A model generated the notes under the pieces. The model did not search any database. It was given only the letters and a program-made list of their open reading frames with translations, and was not told the DNA's origin. The position numbers and the translations under genes are program-made. Positions 35,059-43,089 of a stretch of 64,000 nucleotides of DNA are shown here, one piece after another. The stretch's first letter is position 1. Each line of letters opens with the position of its first letter. Location of the stretch: the NCBI RefSeq assembly GCF_052425735.1, contig NC_135760.1:13392001-13456000 (forward strand), written 5' to 3'. This stretch comes from Oculina patagonica. Taxonomy: Eukaryota.

Positions 35059-36324
35059 ATGTCTTTTAGAACAAGCGAATACTTACAGAGATATGAGTTG
35101 GTTCGATTTCAACTCGATGATGTAATTCGAGTCCCAGCTAACGGTCAGCACCAACTTAAAAACGGCTATAAGTTCACGATTAACGATAGAAGTTCATTCT
35201 ACGATTGGTATAATGCGTATTTCGAGGTGCAATTTCAGGTGCAAATGTTAGCTGATGGAGCAACCACGGGGGCGAATCGTATCACAGTTATTAATGGAGC
35301 ACATTCATTGATTGCCCACATGATGATTAAATCAGCAGGAAAAATCGTTTATGATACCGATAATCTCCATAAAGTTACTTTCGTTAAGAATCTCCTCGAA
35401 TATAGTGACGATTTTAGTCGTTCAGTAGCAAAAAATAGTCTTTGGTATCTAGATACCGACCATAGGATAGCAAATGCTAATCAGAATGCAGGGTTTGAGG
35501 CTAGGCGACTTTTGACGACAGGTCTCAATGATGTCAATGTTGTTATACCTCTAAATCGTTACAGTTTCTTTGAAGAGCTGGAAGGTCGAATGTTACTCCC
35601 AATGCAACTCCAATTCAATATACAGTTACAGAATGACGCCGAATTACTTAAAAAGGCCGATGATGTAGCTGATGGACGAGTGGTCCTTAATAGATTCCTT
35701 CTATGGGTCCCAAAATTGACTCCAAAGGACAGCCTATATGATAAGTTTGTTAGTTCCTTCTTGGTAAAGAACACTTGGACGTATATGCGCGAAATGTATG
35801 AGGTTTCCGCACCAACGAATAGCAGTGGATTCTTCCAGATCTCATCCAGTATTGATAATGTTAAGGCTATCTTTGTATATCTACAACGAGCTAAATCAAA
35901 CAATGCAGATGAAAATCCCTATGAATTTGATACCTTCAATATCAATCTTGACCGTGGGAATGGTAGTTATTTGACAACATGCCGATTGGAATACGGCAAC
36001 GGAGTGTTTTATCCTGAGACCGAATATGATAGTGAGTCCAAAGTTAGGATCTTCAATGATTTGATGTCTTATGGTATGAGAAAGAATGATTACAACAGCG
36101 GTACACAACTCAACTTGGCAAATTACAACTCTCTCTATCCTATTATCTTTTTTGATTTATCATATCAAGCAGAGCGAGTAACTAGAGACCCAAAGCAGTT
36201 GATCTTCAGATATAAACTAAACGCTAATAGTGCGGGAGATAGTCCTTTCAACGTCCATGCCATCGTTCTTTATGATGAGACAATCGTCATTGACAAGGTG
36301 GGGAATGAGCTGGTTATTGTATAA
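35059..36324 (+). CDS. Major capsid protein (double jelly-roll, Polinton PY/hexon-like)
   Basis: 421 aa, beta-rich; motifs VKNLLEYSDDF, IPLNRYSFF, LWVPKL, FYPETEY and YPIIFFDLS; located between penton and protease. Confidence 0.85.
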   Translation: MSFRTSEYLQRYELVRFQLDDVIRVPANGQHQLKNGYKFTINDRSSFYDWYNAYFEVQFQVQMLADGATTGANRITVINGAHSLIAHMMIKSAGKIVYDTDNLHKVTFVKNLLEYSDDFSRSVAKNSLWYLDTDHRIANANQNAGFEARRLLTTGLNDVNVVIPLNRYSFFEELEGRMLLPMQLQFNIQLQNDAELLKKADDVADGRVVLNRFLLWVPKLTPKDSLYDKFVSSFLVKNTWTYMREMYEVSAPTNSSGFFQISSSIDNVKAIFVYLQRAKSNNADENPYEFDTFNINLDRGNGSYLTTCRLEYGNGVFYPETEYDSESKVRIFNDLMSYGMRKNDYNSGTQLNLANYNSLYPIIFFDLSYQAERVTRDPKQLIFRYKLNANSAGDSPFNVHAIVLYDETIVIDKVGNELVIV

Positions 36325-36415
36325 ATCAATCAATTGAATATTATGTATAAACCATTCTATTTTGTATACGTTTTATAAACAAGAAATTATATAACATATA
36401 ATATATATACAAGTA

Positions 36416-36922
36416 ATGACAACTTATCACTCTCATAAAGTGAATCTGTCAGAAGGACAGCGAAGGAAGCTTTTGACTGCTTATAGAAATAAAAGTGAGA
36501 TCACTATTCGCTTAAGCAATTCAGATATGACTGGCAATGACAGTTTAATGCTAACTCAACGACAAATCAATAAATTGAATAAGGCTAAGAAGTTAGGTGT
36601 TGGATCTTATTTAAACATCTCAAAGGCACAAATTCGAAAGGTCATTAGGGTCGGTCATGGGGCACCGCGGATTGGTTTTCCAATGATTGGAATAAGTGCT
36701 ATGAAAACGAAAACAAGATCAAGAAGGTCAACAACTAACAAATCAACAACTGATAACACTTCAAAGAAGGATGGTGGAAATATTAGACTACCAAGTAAGA
36801 AAGATGTATTAGCTTACACACCGCCACCATTCATTGGTTCTTGGGATGAATATGATAAATTTCTTAGAACAGGTGGATTGGTGCTTCCAAAAAAAAAGAT
36901 CTTAAAACCGAAAAGAAAGTAA
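36416..36922 (+). CDS. Basic putative core (DNA-condensing) protein
   Basis: Pattern VNLSEGQRRKL...TIRL...LMLTQRQINKL..A...G...ISKAQI seen in Polinton structural modules; K/R-rich, with GxG motifs. Confidence 0.6.
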   Translation: MTTYHSHKVNLSEGQRRKLLTAYRNKSEITIRLSNSDMTGNDSLMLTQRQINKLNKAKKLGVGSYLNISKAQIRKVIRVGHGAPRIGFPMIGISAMKTKTRSRRSTTNKSTTDNTSKKDGGNIRLPSKKDVLAYTPPPFIGSWDEYDKFLRTGGLVLPKKKILKPKRK

Positions 36923-36951
36923 GAAAGCCAACATTCCATAAGAATATACCA

Positions 36952-37383
36952 ATGAGTAATTTTGATTTAATAAACTGGTGTTTATATTTGAATATACCGA
37001 TAAAAAATGTACTAATGAGAGACGAGACTGTGCCACATAATCACAAATTAGGAATATTCATTTACAATCTCCAACCGTCATATCTGAGTGGTAGTCATTG
37101 GGTTGCAACTTATGTAAAAGATAAGGTAATCAATTATTTTGATAGTTTTGGTATGCCTTCATTTCAAAAAATAGTCGATCACGCAAAAAAGAAGAATTTA
37201 ACATTGCTACATCAAAACAATCAGATACAGAATATAAATACAACCACATGCGGATACTTCTGTTTATACTTTTTGAATGAGATGAACCATGGGAATACGT
37301 ATTCTAATTTGTTGGAAGTGTTTGACATATATGACACAATGAAGAATGAGAAATTCATTCAACATTATTTCAGAAATATATAA
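36952..37383 (+). CDS. Adenain/Ulp1-like cysteine maturation protease; the frame is open from 36868 and may be reached by -1 frameshift
   Basis: Catalytic motifs GSHWVA, YFDSFG and QIQ...TCGYFCLYFL. Confidence 0.92.
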   Translation: MSNFDLINWCLYLNIPIKNVLMRDETVPHNHKLGIFIYNLQPSYLSGSHWVATYVKDKVINYFDSFGMPSFQKIVDHAKKKNLTLLHQNNQIQNINTTTCGYFCLYFLNEMNHGNTYSNLLEVFDIYDTMKNEKFIQHYFRNI

Positions 37384-37397
37384 CTTATATATATATA

Positions 37398-37850
37398 ATG
37401 GTTAAATCGTATTGTGTACGTGAAAAAATAAAAACTAATTCAGTTCCTAATTCTGAAAAATATATGAGAACAAAAAACAATCGTTTAATACTCAAATCGA
37501 AATGCGTTTCTTGTGGTATTACTAAAACCCGTTTTGTTAGTGCCCAAAAAAAGAAAAAAGGGCGTGGAGTAGGTGAAACGATTAACAAAAAGGTCGGCGA
37601 AAAGATTCCAGGGTTTCAACAGGCTCAAGACTTAGCATCGGCTATCATGGCAGTTACCGGAGGTGATAAAGATCTATTTAAAAAATATTGGCGCGGTGAC
37701 TTTGCTAAAGGTATATTTAATAAAAAAAGCGGAATTCAGACATCTAATTTTTGGAAGCCTGCTGGTGCATATACAAATGAAAAATTTAATCCATCATGTA
37801 ATTACACAGAATATAAAAACGGCAAATGGGTTAATCATTATTGTGATTAA
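37398..37850 (+). CDS. Zn-ribbon (DUF5679-like) basic protein with a unique C-terminal region
   Basis: YCVREK...TKNNR...KSKCVSCGITKTRFV followed by KKGRG. Confidence 0.6.
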   Translation: MVKSYCVREKIKTNSVPNSEKYMRTKNNRLILKSKCVSCGITKTRFVSAQKKKKGRGVGETINKKVGEKIPGFQQAQDLASAIMAVTGGDKDLFKKYWRGDFAKGIFNKKSGIQTSNFWKPAGAYTNEKFNPSCNYTEYKNGKWVNHYCD

Positions 37851-37869
37851 TATCTAACATATAATATAT

Positions 37870-38482
37870 ATGTGCCTGTCATACTGCGTTTCATGTAATA
37901 AAAAAACAAATTCAATCAATACTAAAAAAGTAAAAGCAAAGAATGGCCGACTTATGGAAAAATCAATTTGCTCAATCTGTAAAAACAAAAAGAGTAAATT
38001 CATCAAAGGTGGGGCTCTTGCACGTTTAAAGCCCTTCTCTGTTGTTGTTCTTTGTCTCTCCTTTGGGTGGGGGCGGAAAGGAAGGTATCGATATCCATAA
38101 AGCTATTTTAAAAGTAGCACCAAAAAAGGGTTTTGTAATGCCTGGTCATCGTTATACAGGTCCTGGTAATCCTTTAGAGAAACAGGTAAAGTGGGATCAA
38201 AAAACAGGTAAAATACTGGAGATATATGAAAAACCAACAGGAAAAACGGACGCCGTGAGCATGCAACATGACGTGGATTACTCAGTATGTGCAAACAAAC
38301 CATCAAAAAATCAGGTTAAATGCAAAAACGAAGCTGATAAAAAGATGGTAAAAGCCCTTGATGCTATCCCATGGAAAGACAGACAATGGGGTCATGCTAT
38401 TGCAAGGAACACTATTGCTACCAAGGCTAAAGTAGGTATGGGTGTAAAACAAAAGAAGACAAAAAACGGAAAACGGCGTTGA
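37870..38482 (+). CDS. Zn-ribbon plus parvovirus VP1u-type phospholipase A2 virion protein, interrupted by a 76-nt insert/intron at 38009-38084
   Basis: YCVSC...KNGR...CSICKNKKSKF; PLA2 calcium loop PGHRYTGPGN and catalytic QHDVDY...EAD. Removing 38009-38084 gives in-frame FIKGIDIHKA. Confidence 0.8.
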
Positions 38483-38533
38483 GTAAAAATGATTGGTCTC
38501 AACAATTAGCCGATGAGTTACATAAACCAATCA
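38461..38533 (+). promoter_or_regulatory. Predicted -1 programmed ribosomal frameshift signal (A_AAA_AAC plus H-type pseudoknot)
   Basis: In-phase heptamer at 38461-38467. Stem 1 is GTTGAG 38478-83 / CTCAAC 38498-503, extendable by CGGC 38474-77 / GCCG 38509-12. Stem 2 is TGATTGGT 38490-97 / ACCAATCA 38526-33. Confidence 0.7.
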
Positions 38534-39429
38534 GACGAAAATTTAAAACTAGAAGAGTAATATCAAATGGAATTGACGACATATGGTCTGCTGATTTAGT
38601 TTTTATGGATAAACTTTCAAAATGGAATAAAGGTTATAAATATCTATTGACTATAATTGACGTATTCAGTAAATTCGCTTGGGCTATTCAATTGAAAGAT
38701 AAGAAAGGTGCATCAATAACTAACGCTTTCAACAATATTGTCATTAATGACAAGCGTAAACCTGAATATCTCTGGGTCGATAAGGGATCTGAATTTTATA
38801 ACAAAACATTCAAGGAATGGCTAAAGCAAAATGATATTAACATGTATTCTACTTTTAATGAAGGTAAAGCTGTTGTTATTGAGAGATTTAATAGAACTTT
38901 GAAAAATAAAATGTACAAACAGTTTACTATTCAAGGTAATACACAGTATCTTGAAATGCTACCAAAAATAGTAAAAGAATATAATAATACAAAACATAGC
39001 TCTATCAAAATGACACCCATAGAAGCTTCAAATAAAAAGAATGAAGGAACTGTTTACTTTAACCTATACGGTGATATGAAAACATCAAAACAGAAACCGA
39101 AATTCAAAATAGGTGACAAGATCCGAATATCTAAGTATAAACGAATTGTTTTCGATAAGGGTTATACACCGAATTGGAGTGAAGAAATGTTCGTAATTAC
39201 TAAGATCCAACATACTAATCCCATTACATACAAATTGAAAGATCTCAATAATGAAGACATACAAGGAAGCTTTTATGAACCTGAATTATTAAAAGCAAAA
39301 CAGGATGTATTCAGAATTGATAAAGTGATCCGTAGAGATTATAAGAAAAAACAAGCTTTAGTTAAGTGGAAAGGATACAGTGATGACTTCAACAGTTGGA
39401 TTCCAATCAAGGATTTGAAAGATATATAA
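38479..39429 (+). CDS. Retroviral-like (rve) DDE integrase with C-terminal chromodomain; no AUG before the first catalytic Asp
   Basis: ELHKP, WSADL, IDVFSKFAW, VDKGSEF, IERFNRTLK and YNNTKHSSIKMTP; chromodomain LVKWKGYSDDFNSWIP. Confidence 0.95.
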   Translation: MSKNDWSQQLADELHKPIRRKFKTRRVISNGIDDIWSADLVFMDKLSKWNKGYKYLLTIIDVFSKFAWAIQLKDKKGASITNAFNNIVINDKRKPEYLWVDKGSEFYNKTFKEWLKQNDINMYSTFNEGKAVVIERFNRTLKNKMYKQFTIQGNTQYLEMLPKIVKEYNNTKHSSIKMTPIEASNKKNEGTVYFNLYGDMKTSKQKPKFKIGDKIRISKYKRIVFDKGYTPNWSEEMFVITKIQHTNPITYKLKDLNNEDIQGSFYEPELLKAKQDVFRIDKVIRRDYKKKQALVKWKGYSDDFNSWIPIKDLKDI

Positions 39430-39548
39430 TCAATTTTTAAGAGTGCCTTAAAATCAATTATCAAGTATTACACATGCAAATAAAAATATTAAGTATAATA
39501 TTTTTATAAATCAGTATTTGATTACAAAAAATATTTTAGGACATACAT

Positions 39549-39908
39549 TCATTTTAAAAAAACATTGAATTTATCAACAACTAATTTTTCATCTAATTGA
39601 TTTTCATTATAAAAAAAGGTATCAATATTTATAATACTACAGCCGTTATCAAAAAGCATTTCGACAATATCTAAATTAAACAAATTTGATATTACGTAAT
39701 TAGTATCTTTATAATTATCAAAATATGCTTCAATATAATCGGCCCATGGGTTAGCCCCGCCATCCATAACAATTACACTGTTTGGCTGATTAAATACCAT
39801 GTGCTTGAAATTAAATTCATCTTCTAAGATTTTAGCAATTATTTTAATATCATTCGATCTATTATTTTTATCCGAGGTTAAACCGATTATAAATCTTTTA
39901 TTATTCAT
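39549..39908 (-). CDS. Degenerate deoxynucleoside-monophosphate-kinase-like protein
   Basis: IIGLTS...IAKILEDEFNFKHMVFNQP...YVISNLF...GCSIINI parallels IIGLxGxxGSGKDT.A..L...GF....FA.P...VI.DvRF...GG.II.I, but the P-loop GK is missing. Confidence 0.4.
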   Translation of the reverse strand: MNNKRFIIGLTSDKNNRSNDIKIIAKILEDEFNFKHMVFNQPNSVIVMDGGANPWADYIEAYFDNYKDTNYVISNLFNLDIVEMLFDNGCSIINIDTFFYNENQLDEKLVVDKFNVFLK

Positions 39909-40013
39909 ATATATATTACAAAGAGATTTTATTTTTATATGGATTTATGTGTTTTTCCCTTAAACGCACTATAAAAAACACATATAAAAAAAAAAAATGT
40001 GTCATAATATTAT

Positions 40014-40355
40014 ATGAGTAAAGCAGATATAAAAAACAACCAATTATCTAATTTAATCAATGAAATAACATCAAATCATGATACAAACAGTTGCTCAAAA
40101 CATGTAATATCTATACTAAAACTTGTAATAGCACTCAATAAAAGAGCTCAATTAAATGAAAAAATATTATTCCATTTAAAATCCATCTCAAATTTAAATC
40201 CAATAAAAAACATCCATAAGCTACAAGAATTGAGTAATCATTTAGATTCTCAAGTTAAAAAAATTGATATTTTAAAATCACAAATCATCAATTCAAACAT
40301 TAAAAAAATAGAAATCATTATAAAAGATGATAATATAAATTTATCTGAATGTTAA
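40014..40355 (+). CDS. Polinton hypothetical protein (helical/coiled-coil)
   Basis: Open 113-aa frame with a TATTATATG start context; no recognisable motif. Confidence 0.45.
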   Translation: MSKADIKNNQLSNLINEITSNHDTNSCSKHVISILKLVIALNKRAQLNEKILFHLKSISNLNPIKNIHKLQELSNHLDSQVKKIDILKSQIINSNIKKIEIIIKDDNINLSEC

Positions 40356-40409
40356 ATGACCAATCCACTATAAAAGAGATATAAAAAATAATGTATAATA
40401 AATATTATA

Positions 40410-40589
40410 ATGGCATCAAATTACATCAAAGAAAAATTCGTTGAGATGATGAATATCATAGAAAAACATTGCATTAAAGACAATACACTTTTCTTACAAT
40501 TAAGTGAAAAGGAACAATCAAATATATTAGTTAACATTTGTACTGATCTCGGTATAATATCAAATATGATTCTACATAAAAACATGTAA
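40410..40589 (+). CDS. Polinton hypothetical 59-aa protein (MASNYIKEKF...)
   Basis: ATG at 40410 after TATTATA, stop at 40587-40589; below the ORF-track cutoff. Confidence 0.4.
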   Translation: MASNYIKEKFVEMMNIIEKHCIKDNTLFLQLSEKEQSNILVNICTDLGIISNMILHKNM

Positions 40590-40645
40590 AAAAATCTGAT
40601 AAAAATACAAAAATATTATATTGAAAATGTAATATAAGACGTTCA

Positions 40646-40931
40646 TTTTAAACGCACTAAGATGCAAGATTTTTAAAAAAGAGTATAAGAGATTTTGAAA
40701 TAAAACTCGGCTTCGCTTGGTTTTCCAGATTGATATTTCAGTTATGATATCAAGGCTTGTTTAAACGCACTGTATCTAAAATTTTGAAAAAGAGTATAAG
40801 AAGTTTTGATTCCATTTTTTGAATCCAGTTTTGGATCCAGTTTTAAATCCAGCACTGGAAAGTAGTATGTACTTGGGGAGATGAAATTATTTTTTAAAAA
40901 ATGATTTCGTACCCCCAAGTACTATACTACT
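40646..40931 (-). repeat. Polinton right terminal inverted repeat
   Basis: Reverse complement of the left end; ends ACTATACTACT followed by TSD AGTTTT. Confidence 0.93.
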
Positions 40932-43089
40932 AGTTTTAAGAACGCAGAATTTTGTGATGCCGTGCTACTTTTCATTGCTGAAATGCAAATGTTTGACATG
41001 TTTGTACCACGATTTTCAACTGGCCCACATGGGGATTGTAAATGAAGTAAAACAAAGAAAGACCAAGTCAACAAACAACCTCAAACAATAGAGCAAGAAC
41101 AATAGCTCCGACCAGCGCGGGAATATTCGATCGCCACGTTTTCATTACCATTCCCGTGATGGTTTTATTTCATAACAAACACCACATATTGACACCAAGA
41201 ACCTTTTCGGAGAAATTTTCGCTGCTTTAAAGTCAAAACTTAGAAAGTCTTTTTTATTACTACATATATAAAAAAAATCGAACTCTCTCACTGGTCCCAT
41301 ATTTTTGTTTTGGCAAGTTCACAAAGAAAGGAGCTGCTCATGCGCCTAAGAGACATCCGCTGACTACCGCCCCGATGATTGCTTTGCAAGTTGTGAGAGC
41401 ATCGCTCAGATTTCATATAAGAGAATGTATGGGAAGTTGCTTCCCCCCCCCCCCTGGCACAAACAACACTGCTATTTGTTGACCTTTGTCTGTTTTCCTC
41501 ACAACTGCTCCCCACTTACTTAGGAATCATACAAGATTAACAGTTCGTAGAGAAGATAAGTTTTTGTGTTATCAGATAAGATTCAAATTGTGGTAGAGAG
41601 ATTCAGGTAAAAATTTCTTTAATTCATGCAAGTCTCGCTGCGAACCAAAGATAACAGATTCGGCAGGCATAATCTGTGCATATTCATGAGAAGGCCAGAG
41701 CACACAAGCTAATGTAGCTCTTCAAGGCATAGTACAGGACGGTGTTGAGTACACTATAGTGCTTCAACTTCCTTTTTAATAAACCTTTGGTGTCTTAGAA
41801 GCACGCACGTCGCATTCCTGACCAACATATGGAGAAATAATATTGGAAAGGACTCTTAGAAAGTCTAGAAAAATAACAGCAACAGTTTCTGTCCTTTTTT
41901 CTGGCTGAGTTTCAATGCTTTTATCATAGTGTCAGTCAGCCTGAAATTTTTAATTATAACGCGATTGGATATGACAAGCGTCCTGACGGTGCGCACATAA
42001 AGTTTCTGCCTCAATAGAAATAGCTGCTGATAAATTACGTGCTTTACAAGCATATGAACACCTGGCTTGTATATTATCCCTCTCTGATGTCAACTGCCTA
42101 ACTTCTTTGCTGATATGCATGTATGTCTTATCATAATTGTCGGAATGATTTGACCATGTTTTAAGTGTAGTCAGTACTAGTGTAATACACTTGTGACCAG
42201 TTCTTTGGTTTTCGCCGGTAACCTATATACTGATCACAAGAGTAAAGTAACTTGATTTCAGCAGGTTTCTGAAATATAATTCTACCTGTATGGCCATTAT
42301 ACGATGCTTTTGCTGGTTTGTGTTACCGTTTTTCACGCGATGCAGGCCTCTTACAAAAGTGTAACTTTACGACTTATCTTCGGGGACTTGGAGGGCGATA
42401 ACCGGGCTAGGTGAAGTTAAAACGAAGAAAACCCACGGCACCTTACAAAAGTTTCCATATCAGGAGAAAGAGCCCCGCTTTTCAGCAGTTCTTTAATAGA
42501 AACGTTTGTGGTGTCTATTTCGTGTAGTTTTATAGAAACGTTTGTGGTGTCTATTTCGTGAAGTTTTAACTTGCCTTTTGCCGTGTTTAATGGCCCCTGA
42601 CGCGAGGATGTTTTGACTTCTAATGAATTTATAGACACACAAATGAAACTAAAAACGAAGTGGCTTTTAATGTCTTGACATTTCATAGACTAGTATGAGA
42701 GACTGATATAAATTAATAAAGTGCAATTTCAATATCTCCACTGAGTAGCCACTGAAATGGTTTTATAAAATTCTAAATTATGGATCTGTCAAACTGCGCG
42801 TCAGGTTTCAGTTTTTAATAATTTGCAAGACAGTTCATTTGTCGGTCCTGAATAGAAGGTAAAATTAAAACCTTACGACCACTGACAAAACGCCAGTATT
42901 TTCTTGCTTGTCAGTCAATACATTTACATTTGCATTTATCGCATTAAAAACAGGTGAAGACTTTTGTTTTGTTGAGACCGTATTGCATTGGGCGGCAGTT
43001 CGAGGCAGTGCCAGTTCCTCTGAAGAAAAGTCAAGCCTTGACTCAAACAAGGAGCTCCGCTTCTATTCAAAAGGAAAACTCTCGGCATC

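Larger units (their letters stand above)
22672..40931. mobile_element. Full-length Polinton/Maverick (adintovirus-like endogenous dsDNA virus), 18,260 bp
   Basis: Termini 5'-AGTAGT...ACTACT-3'; 6-bp TSD AGTTTT at 22666-22671 and 40932-40937; TIRs; pPolB, ATPase, penton, MCP, protease and rve integrase; AT-rich, gene-dense and essentially intronless. Confidence 0.97.
22414..41456. mobile_element. Older hAT-like MITE (~0.78 kb) interrupted by the Polinton; halves at 22414-22671 and 40938-41456
   Basis: 8-bp TSD GCACAAAC at 22406-22413 and 41457-41464; ends CAAGGGG.../...CCCCTG; inverted subterminal blocks AGCGATGCTCTCACAA, CAACTTGCAAAGC and GTAGTCAGCGG on both sides. Confidence 0.75.

Noticed and set aside
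31327-38530. Antisense ORFs inside Polinton genes (e.g. 31327-31566, 32989-33354, 35559-35903, 38103-38306)
   Set aside because: They are shadows of the real genes on the opposite strand, with no motifs or leader signals.
42496-42562. Direct repeat TAGAAACGTTTGTGGTGTCTATTTCGTG as a CRISPR-like array
   Set aside because: Two adjacent copies only, no spacers and a eukaryotic context; it is a simple tandem duplication.
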